Source of the DNA: a virus
Lineage: Duplodnaviria > Caudoviricetes
Strand: one strand, 5' to 3'
IMG/VR virus record: IMGVR_UViG_3300033073_000410
Location: 51,485-115,484 of that record
Length of the DNA stretch: 64,000 nucleotides
Within the stretch, counting starts at the first letter, position 1; every line of letters starts with the position of its first letter. This document shows positions 18,902 to 29,070 of this stretch, in pieces. The translations under genes were made by a program, and so were the position numbers. The notes beneath the pieces were generated by a model, which was not told where the DNA came from, searched no databases, and saw nothing but the letters and a program-made list of their open reading frames with translations.

Positions 18902-21106
18902 TTAGATACCGCTTAACTTTTTCCAATCACTGATTTCAGCACGTACTGGGTTGCCTACTGCCTGACTGTGTTTTTCTCTATTCAAATCATTACCCATGCT
19001 CAATAGAGCTTTTAACTGAGCAATTTCATCGTGCGGTTCATTTGCGAATGATTCTTCGACTGTTTCTTCTTCGCATTCGCATTCAGATTGACCGCAATCA
19101 CTGCATGATTCATCATGGTCTGCGTGTCCACCTTCTTCATCTTTTCCTAAACGACCAGCAACTACGTCACCTTGAGTAACTTTGTCGTATGGCTTAGCAT
19201 TGTTAGCTAGATTACCGTCGTTAGCTTCGTCAACTTCTTCCTCATCTTCTTGGGAATCTTGTTCTTCGCCGCCTTCTTCTGCACCTTCTTCGTCAGAAGA
19301 TGTGTCGCTTGAGTTCTCATCTTCATAGTCTTGACCGCCTTCTTCGCCACCTTGTGCTGGCTCTAAAGTTTGTGACTGTTCTTCGCCACCTTGTTCTGGT
19401 GAACCTTGTTCGCCACCTTCGATACCGGCCATACGCTTCATCAATGACAACATATCATCACCGTCACCAACTACGTCAGGTGCGGCTTGAGGTTCTGTGC
19501 CTGTACCGTCGAAATCTTCTTCACCTTGACTAGCAACACCATAACCGATTTGAGGCTTTTCTTCACCACCGAATACGCCGATACCTGCATTACGCAATAC
19601 GCCTAAAAGTTGTCCTGCGTCAGCATCAGTTGCACTGATAGTAACTGAATCAGGTGAACCTTGTTGACCTGTGCTTGAAGATACAGTGATACCTTCATTT
19701 AATAAACTGTCTAGCTGTTTTGCCCAGCTTTCTACTTGAATGTCTTTCATATTTGTACCTTCTGAAAATGGATTTGCTTCTGGCTTTGGTTTACGTAGAC
19801 CAGAAATAAAATTAATTGCTCTATCTGTTGTTGCTTGAATAGGATCAACTGACCACGGAGTAGGAGCTTGTTTTGGATCTACTGCAACATATTTGCTTGG
19901 TGTTGCGTCCATACCATGTTGTGTATGGTCTTCAATTGACCCTTCATCCAATGATGGGACCTTTTGATAATGTGCATATGCACTCGCTACATCACTGATA
20001 AAATCCTCATCATAAGAAACTTTGTAACGAGCAGCCTTAGGTGTTAGACCACATGCAATTAGTTCGTGATAGATGGCTCCGTAGAACTCATCATTGCTAC
20101 TTAATGCTTCCATGCCTGGTTTCTCACGTGCTAGGATTTTAGCAATCTTTTCATCTAGATATTCACTAGCTTCATGGTCACGGCTTTCAGCAACTTTCTT
20201 CTTAGCTTCTTTGTCTTTTTCAGCTTTAGTCCAAGATTCTGTCTCATTATCGTCATCATCAACATCAGTGAAATCTGGCTTCTTACCTTCAGCCATTTGT
20301 TGTTCATCGTTAGGATTCAATGTCATTTCACCCTTACCAATAGATTGTTTAATCTGTGCAGCCAATTGTGGATTGTTAACTGTACCCAATGTCTGATTGC
20401 CCTTTTGGATAACTTGTGTGTTAGTTTGACTTGCTGGTTTAACTTGAATAGGATCCTGATTAGTCATATCTTCTTCAATAGCATTGTATTCAATACCTAA
20501 CTCAGCTGCCTTTGCTTTCAAGTCAGCATCAACATCACGCATCACACCTAAGTTAGCTCTTAAACCAGAACCAAAACCCATCTTGTCATGTTGGTGATTC
20601 ATAATAGTACCCTTCATTCTCTGGGCGTACTTTTGTGCAACTGCAAATTGTTCAGGCGTTTGAACTGATTTGATAACTTTTGCTAGTTTAGATAGGTTAG
20701 CCGCAACACTTGTATGGTCTACCCCACCGAACAAACCCTCCATTACAGCTTCAGCTTCTTTTGTATCTGCTACTGATTCCATGTATTCTTTTAGTGAGTG
20801 CTTGACTGAACGCTTACCTACTTCACCTTTTGGCTTCTTGCCACCACCGAATACGTTACTCAATGCTGATGAATCATATGTTTTTACTTCACCGGAATCA
20901 TCTGCACCCTTCTTAGGACGACCACGTCCCTTTTTAGGAGCATCTTTCTTTCCCTCAGCATCTTTATTAACTTTGCCGATTTTATGTCCATATTGGTCAC
21001 GAACGTCTTCCTTACCGTGACTAGTACCATAAGTACCTTTGTGTACTCGACTGCCTTCTGACTCAGAAAGTTCAGTCATTGATTGTAATAGGCTTCTGAA
21101 ATCCAT
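18902..21106 (-). CDS. Large acidic, low-complexity putative internal head/core protein
   Basis: E/D-rich; AT-hook KGRGRPKK; CxxCxxxxCxC motif; many (L/I/V/M)xE sites. Confidence 0.6.
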   Translation of the reverse strand: MDFRSLLQSMTELSESEGSRVHKGTYGTSHGKEDVRDQYGHKIGKVNKDAEGKKDAPKKGRGRPKKGADDSGEVKTYDSSALSNVFGGGKKPKGEVGKRSVKHSLKEYMESVADTKEAEAVMEGLFGGVDHTSVAANLSKLAKVIKSVQTPEQFAVAQKYAQRMKGTIMNHQHDKMGFGSGLRANLGVMRDVDADLKAKAAELGIEYNAIEEDMTNQDPIQVKPASQTNTQVIQKGNQTLGTVNNPQLAAQIKQSIGKGEMTLNPNDEQQMAEGKKPDFTDVDDDDNETESWTKAEKDKEAKKKVAESRDHEASEYLDEKIAKILAREKPGMEALSSNDEFYGAIYHELIACGLTPKAARYKVSYDEDFISDVASAYAHYQKVPSLDEGSIEDHTQHGMDATPSKYVAVDPKQAPTPWSVDPIQATTDRAINFISGLRKPKPEANPFSEGTNMKDIQVESWAKQLDSLLNEGITVSSSTGQQGSPDSVTISATDADAGQLLGVLRNAGIGVFGGEEKPQIGYGVASQGEEDFDGTGTEPQAAPDVVGDGDDMLSLMKRMAGIEGGEQGSPEQGGEEQSQTLEPAQGGEEGGQDYEDENSSDTSSDEEGAEEGGEEQDSQEDEEEVDEANDGNLANNAKPYDKVTQGDVVAGRLGKDEEGGHADHDESCSDCGQSECECEEETVEESFANEPHDEIAQLKALLSMGNDLNREKHSQAVGNPVRAEISDWKKLSGI

Positions 21107-21324
21107 TATCGTGATCCTCTTTTATCTAATTTATCTTCAATTCTTCCTAGTTGTTTTGACAATTCAACTAACTTATCATTCATTGCTTCTTGTCTAACAC
21201 TATTAATAGTTAACTTGTTGTCAACTTCTTTAATCTTACTATCCATTGTGAGATAGCCGCCGCCACCAATGCCACATGCACTGATAACTATCCAGCTAAG
21301 TTGTTTAGCTGTGAAGTCAATCAT
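21106..21324 (-). CDS. Small membrane-anchored coiled-coil protein (holin/XhlA-like?)
   Basis: N-terminal hydrophobic segment plus coiled coil. Confidence 0.55.
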   Translation of the reverse strand: MIDFTAKQLSWIVISACGIGGGGYLTMDSKIKEVDNKLTINSVRQEAMNDKLVELSKQLGRIEDKLDKRGSR

Positions 21325-21923
21325 TTGCTGAATCCTTTACCACCAGTTGCTGGTAACTCTGGACGCTTGACAGAACTCATTGGGCTCTTAGTTTGAATGC
21401 CTTCTTTGCTCTTGTTTGGTGCAGTTGGAGTTTCTTTACCTGCGTAAGGGATATCAATACTTGGTTTCTTAGGAACAACTTTGTCTAAGTATTGATTTGC
21501 ATAATCTTTGCTTGCTTCTTTGCCATCATCCGGAAGTTCTGGTTGTAGCAACAATGCTTCATCTCTATCATTTGCGTATCTATCGTTGTCAGCATTCAAA
21601 CTGTCATCGTATTCAGTAGTAGTTACACGAACCATACTAACTTGTTTACCTAGCATTTGTGCAACTTGCTGAATCATTGGTTCAGTTGCCGGATACTTAA
21701 ATTCTGCTTTGATGATTGTAACTGATTGATTTTCTACATCAGGGAATCCAACTGGATTCTTTTGAATAGGTGTAGTTTTTGGTTCTTCGATTTTGACTGG
21801 GTCAAACTTGCTCAAGTTAGTCTTGAACAACGACATGAACTTACTGTCCACATCACCGGCGATTTTGATAGTGTACTTGTATGTATGCACACTTTCCATG
21901 AGATAATGACGAAGGCTCTTCAT
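21321..21923 (-). CDS. Hypothetical late protein (MKSLRHYLME leader)
   Basis: ORF with late box and RBS. Confidence 0.7.
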   Translation of the reverse strand: MKSLRHYLMESVHTYKYTIKIAGDVDSKFMSLFKTNLSKFDPVKIEEPKTTPIQKNPVGFPDVENQSVTIIKAEFKYPATEPMIQQVAQMLGKQVSMVRVTTTEYDDSLNADNDRYANDRDEALLLQPELPDDGKEASKDYANQYLDKVVPKKPSIDIPYAGKETPTAPNKSKEGIQTKSPMSSVKRPELPATGGKGFSK

Positions 21924-21951
21924 AATGTTATTCCTATTATATTATTTATTC

Positions 21952-22434
21952 TTAATCTGATTTTTTGTTTGCCAGTATCTGCTTTAGAAGTTCGTTTCTG
22001 TCTACTAGACTACCCTCACCGATTGGAGTATTGTCAATTTCTTCTGTTTTGCTGGCAGCTTTTGCATCTAAACTAGCTTTCTTAAGCTGTAAGTCTAGCA
22101 TTTTCAGTTTTTTGTTAATCTTTGCTGTCTTTGATGTGATAGCATGTCCTAAGAATGAACTTGCACTGTTGAATATCTCACTAGCAAAGCGACTATCAAC
22201 TTGCATACCTAAATCCATTAGGTCTTTGTAGCTTGATGTGGCTAATTCAGCTAGTTCATCCATTTCACTATCACTTGCTTCTAAGCCTCTAACTTGTGGT
22301 AGTGCAGCCTCAATCTTGTCAAGTGCATCAGAAGCCTCTTCGGTTACTTCTAGTGCGTGTTCTTGGAATTCTTGTTCGTCAGTGGGAGTATTATCGTCTG
22401 GTAACTCAAATAGTTCACTAAGTTTCTTGGTCAT
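21952..22434 (-). CDS. Helical protein, candidate terminase small subunit
   Basis: All-helical; C-terminal DRNELLKQIL is reminiscent of gp16 tails; next to the gp4-like gene. Confidence 0.4.
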   Translation of the reverse strand: MTKKLSELFELPDDNTPTDEQEFQEHALEVTEEASDALDKIEAALPQVRGLEASDSEMDELAELATSSYKDLMDLGMQVDSRFASEIFNSASSFLGHAITSKTAKINKKLKMLDLQLKKASLDAKAASKTEEIDNTPIGEGSLVDRNELLKQILANKKSD

Positions 22435-22461
22435 TCTACTATCCTATAATAGTAGTATTTA

Positions 22462-22899
22462 TTACTTGCGTCTGCCGTTATGAAAAAGGTCATCTTCTGT
22501 GATAACTCTAAACGTAAACCCGGCATGTTTACAATAGGCCATCGCTGCCTGCCACTTGGCATGATTGACTGCCACTACTGCTCTATCTCTAGCACTAGCA
22601 ACTTTACTTTCAATGAGACTTTGCTTCTTAGGTTTGATTTCAACGACTTCTGCTAATTGCTTACCGTGTTTGTTTTGATAGACAACAAAGAAGTCAGGGA
22701 TATATGAATGCATCTTACCATCAAGAGGGCTTCTGTATGGGATTGCTATTGCCTCACTTGCCCATTTCAATACGTTGTTGTTTGTGTCACAGAATTGCAT
22801 GAAGGTAAGTTCCCAACCACTGCGATACTTCGGTTTGTGATTACCTATATACTTTTCAACGTTCTTGGGAACGAATATCCCCTGTGCCCACTTAGCCAT
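22462..22899 (-). CDS. Head completion nuclease (T4 gp4-like, TnsA-type PD-(D/E)xK)
   Basis: YRSGWE, WASE, IPY, YIPDF, EIKP, NHAKW, ITEDDL. Confidence 0.88.
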   Translation of the reverse strand: MAKWAQGIFVPKNVEKYIGNHKPKYRSGWELTFMQFCDTNNNVLKWASEAIAIPYRSPLDGKMHSYIPDFFVVYQNKHGKQLAEVVEIKPKKQSLIESKVASARDRAVVAVNHAKWQAAMAYCKHAGFTFRVITEDDLFHNGRRK

Positions 22900-23261
22900 T
22901 ATATCACTACGTTGCGTTGAACGTTCTGGTTAGGTTGTGGGTTTGATGCAACACCGTATAAAACTGTTTTTGATTTCAACCCATTTAAGTAATATGCCAT
23001 CAATGCATTTACTTCAGTTTTTGAGGAACCTCTAACATAATCTAAAATCTCTAATGAGTACGTGCTAGATAGGGTTGAGATTCTAAACACCATGATAGTA
23101 AAGTTTTTTGCTACATCAACACTTTTAGTTACATCATAAAAGTATGAATAGATAATGTCATATTCGCTTCCGTTAACAACCATGTCAACATTATAGAATT
23201 TGTCAAAAATTCTAACATTGGAATCTAGTTCGGAGTTTGGTGCATCAATAGTATTTGCCAT
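22899..23261 (-). CDS. Hypothetical late protein
   Basis: ORF; TATAAATA 5 nt before ATG. Confidence 0.7.
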   Translation of the reverse strand: MANTIDAPNSELDSNVRIFDKFYNVDMVVNGSEYDIIYSYFYDVTKSVDVAKNFTIMVFRISTLSSTYSLEILDYVRGSSKTEVNALMAYYLNGLKSKTVLYGVASNPQPNQNVQRNVVI

Positions 23262-23279
23262 AATACTATTTATAGTTTA

Positions 23280-24353
23280 TTAAATCTTACCTGATGGGAA
23301 CTGATAATTGTTCCTATTGGCTGCATTAGTTGAGTAGTTTCTGGCAGCATTCATTGCTTCTTGTTTACCCATAGCAGCCAAATCTTTGCCCTTAAATGTC
23401 TTGTAAGCTGTACCCGCTTTTTGTGCTGCACCTGCCCAGTTGCCGTTCGCCAAGTCATCTAAGATGCCTTCTCCGGCAGACACTAAACCACCAGGGCCCA
23501 TAATGCTTGCTTGGCTACCCGGTCTAGCAATAGGACTCAGTACAGTGTCATAATGCGTATTATCACCGAACTCTTTAACTATTTGTCCTGGATTCTTGCC
23601 ACTCAATGCACCTTCAAAATACTTCACAGTTTCAAATTGCAAAGTCATTTGATTTTCCATTATTGAATTCTCTGAGTACGAGTAAGTGTCATGACCAAAA
23701 GTATCAATGATAGGATTCATTAATCTATACAATGCAAAGTTATGCTGGTTAAAGCCATAGATATTGATAGCATTGAAGAAGGGAGCTTTAATGTCACCTG
23801 TTATTGATTGAGTACCGGATGTTTCACCTACATAACCCCAATCATCGCTACCTGACATATTGGGATTATATATATTTCTATCTAATAACGCAGGACTGTT
23901 ACCAGATGGGGGTGCTGCCGGCCCAGTGATTGGGGTATTAGGATCAGGATGCGATGCATCTCTGTAATAGTATGTATAGTAAGCATACCATAGTTTTCTA
24001 ATCAAATTAGCATTATCATCATGGAAAGTAATGCTAATTGGATCATACTTAATTTTCGACTGAACAATACGTTTACGATTGTATTGATTCAATACATGAG
24101 TGTCGAAAGAAAATTTAGGTAGCTGTATTGATTTTACAGCTAACCCAAAATTACTATCTGTGGGGAAGTTTCCAAATGCACCTAAATGAGCCTTGTTGAT
24201 ATCAAAATACACGTGAAACAAGAACTTAAACTTAGGAGCATATGCATACCCATTAGTTGTAAATGTTTTACTTGCGTGTTGGTAGTCACGAAGGTAGTCA
24301 CTGCTGAAAAAAGATTCAGCAGCGCCCTTAAGTTGGTCTTGAAAAAATCCCAT
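23280..24353 (-). CDS. Tube-like baseplate protein (gp48/gp54-like)
   Basis: PKFKFLFHVYF, VKSIQLP, YDPISITFHDD; directly after the tail tube gene. Confidence 0.7.
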   Translation of the reverse strand: MGFFQDQLKGAAESFFSSDYLRDYQHASKTFTTNGYAYAPKFKFLFHVYFDINKAHLGAFGNFPTDSNFGLAVKSIQLPKFSFDTHVLNQYNRKRIVQSKIKYDPISITFHDDNANLIRKLWYAYYTYYYRDASHPDPNTPITGPAAPPSGNSPALLDRNIYNPNMSGSDDWGYVGETSGTQSITGDIKAPFFNAINIYGFNQHNFALYRLMNPIIDTFGHDTYSYSENSIMENQMTLQFETVKYFEGALSGKNPGQIVKEFGDNTHYDTVLSPIARPGSQASIMGPGGLVSAGEGILDDLANGNWAGAAQKAGTAYKTFKGKDLAAMGKQEAMNAARNYSTNAANRNNYQFPSGKI

Positions 24354-24360
24354 CGTTTAA

Positions 24361-24990
24361 TTAGCGTCCGATACCAGAAGCTGCTGTGCCGCCGAATGCA
24401 CGACCAACACTTGTGCCTAAACCAGATGCCAATGGTGATTGAACTGCGTTATCAAAACGAATTGTCAATGAAATTGTTGCCGCTTCGTTTGTACCATAGT
24501 TCATAGTATTGTAGTTAGCCGCTTGAACGAAGCAACCATACAATTCCCATGTTTCTAATACGTTTGGTGTCAATGTACCGTTACCGCCATCAAGTACTTC
24601 GTAGTTGATTTGGAACTTGTAATCTTGACCAGTCGCAGCAGATGCTTGTTCAACGAAGTCCATTTGTTTCTGTAGTTGTTCACCAACTAACTTAGAAACG
24701 TTACCGGCGGCATCGTCACGTAAGTTAATAGTTGTTGTTTGCCACTCGTGCTTACCAGCTAGATAAATCTTGCTGTTATAAATGTCGATTGGAATTTCAG
24801 TGAAAGAAACGTTTGGACGTGCAATGTCAACGACTTGCTTTGTCAACTCTTGTGTAGCACCGCCAACGCCGAAGTTCAAGAACAATGCTCTGAAACGGAA
24901 TTGTAACTTAGGCATCAATAGACCTTGAGAACTAGGTGTATTGTCTGATCCTACAGTCATATTAAACAGTGATTGTGAGGCTATTGCCAT
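24361..24990 (-). CDS. Tail tube protein (gp19-like)
   Basis: PKLQFRFR, AGKHEW, WELYGCF, ISLTIRFD; downstream of the sheath gene. Confidence 0.88.
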   Translation of the reverse strand: MAIASQSLFNMTVGSDNTPSSQGLLMPKLQFRFRALFLNFGVGGATQELTKQVVDIARPNVSFTEIPIDIYNSKIYLAGKHEWQTTTINLRDDAAGNVSKLVGEQLQKQMDFVEQASAATGQDYKFQINYEVLDGGNGTLTPNVLETWELYGCFVQAANYNTMNYGTNEAATISLTIRFDNAVQSPLASGLGTSVGRAFGGTAASGIGR

Positions 24991-25020
24991 TTTTGTATCT
25001 CCTTAATAATATTTATCTTA

Positions 25021-25047
25021 AATAATCCCCCGTCTCCGGGGGACTAT
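25021..25047 (-). terminator. Hairpin/terminator after the sheath gene, followed by the late promoter of the tube gene
   Basis: TCCCCCG-GAGA-CGGGGGA-TTATTT, then GATAAATA. Confidence 0.7.
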
Positions 25048-25050
25048 TCA

Positions 25051-28000
25051 TTAAGCTGACAATGCCCCTGTGTTCATCAAGCGAACTGGGATGTAGATAA
25101 ATTCAGCTGCCTTCACAGGCTCGATAGCGATATCAATCCATAACTCGTTTCTATCGATACGAGCAGGAGTGTTATTGCTTGTGTCACATACAACTAGATA
25201 GTCATACAAACCACGCTTAGAGACCAAGTCAATAAACAATGATTGAACAACACCTGTCAATTGAGCACGTGTTAAGTTGTCGTTTGGTTCGAATACGAAC
25301 GGACGAGCCGCTACTTGTAGACGTTCACGGATGTAGCACACTAAACGAGCAACGTTTACACGATCCAATGAAGATTGTGAATCATAGCTTGTCTTGTTAC
25401 CGTAGTTCAACAAACCAACGCCTGTGAAGAACGCTAGTGGGTTGATTTGGTGTGAGTACAATACGTCACGAATTGACATACGGTTCTTGATAGTTTGGAA
25501 TTCACCAGTTGTGCTATCAATGTAACCAATGTTTGTAGCATTGTCGATGTTACCTCTACGTGTACCAGCAGCCGCTAACCAAGGGTAAGCGATTTGGTCA
25601 TTACGCAAGAATGTACGCAACATCATATGTGATGCTGGAACAACAACTTCTGTACCTGTCAAGTCTGTTGTAATACCGCTTGGGTAGAATACGCCCAAGT
25701 ATGTATCACGTGTAACCCAACCATCTTCACCTGTTGCTGTAGCACCCTTTGTGTTATTAGCCCAGTCAGTCAACGCAGTTGCTTGGTCTGGTAAACGTAA
25801 TGGTGTATCACCAACGATGAACGCAGTATTGTTTCTGTCGTTATTCAATGTAACCATGTCTGGTTGTAGTTCTGGATATCCAGGAGCTGCAATCAAGTTA
25901 AAGAAGTTATCTTCTTCACGAATTGTCATATTAGTTGCTACTGCTTCTTTCAATGCTTTTACAACTAGAGCACGTTGTGCCTTACGACCCATATAAGCTG
26001 AACCGTCTGACTTCAAACCACTTTCAGAAACCCATGTATATGGAACTGATGGTAGTGATTGACCTGGGAAGTCGATACCATTGAAGTAGTTAGCCTTGAA
26101 TTGCTTAACGTTGTAACCTGAACGGCGTGTGTTGAACAACAACATACCTTGTGGATAAGCAGCAGCAGAAGGAGCATCTAAATCTAAGTAGCTGTTAACT
26201 AACAAGCTAGTGATTGATGGAACTTCATCAGATACTGGGTTAACTGTACTACCTGTACCCCAACGTGCATCAGCAAATAAGATACCGCTTGAACTTGTTT
26301 GGTCTGTGTTGTCAATCAATACCCATTGATCCACAGCGTCAACTTGTTCCCAACGTGAAATCTTAGGATAGTTTTCTAAGTCGCTTGTGTCAACCCACAA
26401 ATCACCGTAAGCTAATGAAGAACCATCAACTTGTGTTGTAGGTGTGCTTGCGCTGATGATTGGACCTGTTGGGTCAGTAGATGGAACACCTGCGCTTGCT
26501 GGGTGACCATTTGAGTCGAATGCAACTGTACGATAACCTTTCCATACACCACCTTTGTTAACCATAATGTCAACTTGGTCGATAACAGAATAGAACCAAC
26601 GTGTGTCAGCTACTGGGTTTGTTGCTGGTGCGCTTGAGTTAGCAACATAATCAATCTGTTCCCAGTTACTTAATTGAACTGTATAGATTGATGTTTCGCT
26701 TACGATGCCAGATACTAAAGCAACTCTTGATACAGGACCTGTACCTGAACCGCTGATAGCTTGAACAGAAACTTTAACATCGTTTGTTGGGCTTGTGCCA
26801 CCAAATTTCTCACCAGCAATAGTGATGATATCACCTAATGCATAGTTTGCGCCACCTGAACCAGAGTTAACAATGTACTCATTACCAGAGACTGAAATGC
26901 TAAATGATGCACCAGTTGCTGTTGATGGAGAACCATCTGCATGTTCAACTGCATCCTGTGATAGGCCACTAGCAGTGAATACTGAATTGATGCCTTTTTT
27001 AACACCTAGTGTTGTACCAGTGATAAAACCAAGAGACTGAACTAAGCCAGTGCTTGTGTTTGTACCATCGCGGTCATTCAAGAAGATTTCGCCACCTAAT
27101 GTGTGAGTCAATTGAATTGCACCAGCATCAGTAACAACAGCAGTTGTGTAGGGGATACCAGTAGCTGACCAGTCAGTTACGAAACTAGCGGCTGTAGTAC
27201 CTTGTGTCACAAACGTATATGATTGTGTTGTAGTTGAACCAGGAACAGTGATACTTACTGTTAAAGATACACCTGAATCATATGAAGGATCAGTGATTGA
27301 ACCAGTAACAACTGTAGGACCTGTAGCGATTCTTTGATTTAGAACCAATGCTGCTTCAGGGTTAACACCACGTGAGTTTACTGTACCATAGATAGTACCT
27401 GCTGGAATTGCTTTACCACCAGATGAATCTAGATATGTAGAAGCAGCCACGTCACTGTAGTAAACGTTAACTGTCTTATTAACCCAAGAACCTGAAGTTG
27501 ATGAGAATTTAGCTAGAGCAATATCAAAGCCTGAACCTGCAACGCTAGTCTTAACCCATACAGAACCTGTTGGGTGAGGTTTAGCTTGACTTGCTGTCCA
27601 TAATGGCATTTGAGCACTAGTACCGAATGTAGCTTCTGGAGCATAGAATGTAGCTTCTGCGATACCCAATTGGCTCAATACATCATCGCTTGATGCGAAT
27701 GTTAGATACTTGTTAGCACCATATTGCTTGTAATATACAGTGAATACACCACCGATATTTTCAGCACGTAAGTCACCAATCTTCAAGTCATCATTGATGA
27801 TAGATACTAGTCCGTCAACTGTGTTGTTTGGGCTAGCTGGGATTGTGATTTCACGTGTAAATTGACCAGAAACGTTGATAGTGAACTTGTCACCAGCATT
27901 CAATGATGTTGGAGATTGTGTTGCTACAACTGTAGGAATGATATCTTTCCACTCTGTTGAACCTAATGCAACCCAACGGTTGAATTTGTTCTTGTAGAAG

Positions 28001-28605
28001 AATGATGACTTTTCTAGTGAAGTCTCTGCTACTTGTGTTGGAACAACAGCATAGTCACCCTTGTTACCAATACTGTCAGATGGCATCAAACCATCAATAT
28101 CAGTGTCTTTAGTGATAACTAACGGAGTCTTACCAGTGAACTTACCAGTAGTAGCGTTGAATTCATAAAGACCCCAAGAACTATTTCCTGTGTCTAACCA
28201 ATAAGTGCCGTCTGCTGGCTCACCAACTGGGCGACTTACTTTACCTACTAAACTTGCTAAGTCAACGTCTGCACGTAGAACAAAGCAACTATTTGTTGTA
28301 CCCAACAATGAATAAGCAGCCATTAAGCCGTATTCATTCAATTCATATCCATGAATTGGAGTACCGTTCGTTGTCTTGTAGAAGAACGGGTTACCGAATA
28401 ATGTTACCAAATCACGTTGGCTTGTTACTTGATAAAGTTTGTTTGCATTTACTGCGGTAGTAGCTGTTGCTACACCTGTTCCTGCAGGATTAGCTTTGTT
28501 TTGTGCTGTTGCTAATACGACAAGTGGAACTGAATTTGAGGCTGAAGGTAGATACTGACTTTGGTCAATGATGTTAACTTCAATACCTGGTGATACTAAT
28601 GCCAT
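25051..28605 (-). CDS. Contractile tail sheath protein (gp18-like), 1184 aa
   Basis: LVSPGIEV start, FGNP, YPWLAAAG, INP, RVNVARL, FEPND, VVCDTSNN, PVKAAEFI. Confidence 0.95.
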   Translation of the reverse strand: MALVSPGIEVNIIDQSQYLPSASNSVPLVVLATAQNKANPAGTGVATATTAVNANKLYQVTSQRDLVTLFGNPFFYKTTNGTPIHGYELNEYGLMAAYSLLGTTNSCFVLRADVDLASLVGKVSRPVGEPADGTYWLDTGNSSWGLYEFNATTGKFTGKTPLVITKDTDIDGLMPSDSIGNKGDYAVVPTQVAETSLEKSSFFYKNKFNRWVALGSTEWKDIIPTVVATQSPTSLNAGDKFTINVSGQFTREITIPASPNNTVDGLVSIINDDLKIGDLRAENIGGVFTVYYKQYGANKYLTFASSDDVLSQLGIAEATFYAPEATFGTSAQMPLWTASQAKPHPTGSVWVKTSVAGSGFDIALAKFSSTSGSWVNKTVNVYYSDVAASTYLDSSGGKAIPAGTIYGTVNSRGVNPEAALVLNQRIATGPTVVTGSITDPSYDSGVSLTVSITVPGSTTTQSYTFVTQGTTAASFVTDWSATGIPYTTAVVTDAGAIQLTHTLGGEIFLNDRDGTNTSTGLVQSLGFITGTTLGVKKGINSVFTASGLSQDAVEHADGSPSTATGASFSISVSGNEYIVNSGSGGANYALGDIITIAGEKFGGTSPTNDVKVSVQAISGSGTGPVSRVALVSGIVSETSIYTVQLSNWEQIDYVANSSAPATNPVADTRWFYSVIDQVDIMVNKGGVWKGYRTVAFDSNGHPASAGVPSTDPTGPIISASTPTTQVDGSSLAYGDLWVDTSDLENYPKISRWEQVDAVDQWVLIDNTDQTSSSGILFADARWGTGSTVNPVSDEVPSITSLLVNSYLDLDAPSAAAYPQGMLLFNTRRSGYNVKQFKANYFNGIDFPGQSLPSVPYTWVSESGLKSDGSAYMGRKAQRALVVKALKEAVATNMTIREEDNFFNLIAAPGYPELQPDMVTLNNDRNNTAFIVGDTPLRLPDQATALTDWANNTKGATATGEDGWVTRDTYLGVFYPSGITTDLTGTEVVVPASHMMLRTFLRNDQIAYPWLAAAGTRRGNIDNATNIGYIDSTTGEFQTIKNRMSIRDVLYSHQINPLAFFTGVGLLNYGNKTSYDSQSSLDRVNVARLVCYIRERLQVAARPFVFEPNDNLTRAQLTGVVQSLFIDLVSKRGLYDYLVVCDTSNNTPARIDRNELWIDIAIEPVKAAEFIYIPVRLMNTGALSA

Positions 28606-28728
28606 GTTAAATTTCCTTTATGTTATGATTGTGAGGGTTAACGCCCTAGTTCGTAATTATATTTAGCGAAAATTTTAAAAAAGCACCAATAACCGTACCT
28701 TCGAAGGCTATTCTTGAGTAAATAGAGT

Positions 28729-29070
28729 ATGAGACCAATATGTAAACACTGCAACAAGAACCCATGTGCAGTGAACTATGTCAAGCATGGAGTGACGCAT
28801 TATCGCAGTATGTGTGATGTATGTGGTCGCAAAAAACACAAAGAGAAACCAAGAAAGCCTACTTGGCATAAGTCGGGCTACAAGAAAAAAGCCACATGTG
28901 ACTTGTGTGGCTTTAAGAGTCAGTTCCCCAGTCAAATGACTGTGTTTCACATAGACGGGGATTTAGAAAATACTCAATTAACTAATCTACGTTCTATCTG
29001 TCTCAACTGTGTTGAGGTGGTTAAGAAGAAAGAAGTTAACTGGCGTCGGGGTGATTTAGAAGTTGATTGA
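28729..29070 (+). CDS. Zinc-finger/HNH-like protein
   Basis: CxxC pairs and HIDGDLENxxxxNLxxICxNC. Confidence 0.7.
   Translation: MRPICKHCNKNPCAVNYVKHGVTHYRSMCDVCGRKKHKEKPRKPTWHKSGYKKKATCDLCGFKSQFPSQMTVFHIDGDLENTQLTNLRSICLNCVEVVKKKEVNWRRGDLEVD

Noticed and set aside
22462-22899. Tn7 TnsA transposon
   Set aside because: Motifs and position fit the T4 gp4 head-completion nuclease; no tnsB/tnsC or terminal repeats
28729-29070. Mobile homing endonuclease or intron
   Set aside because: Short and degenerate, does not interrupt a gene, and has its own late-type box
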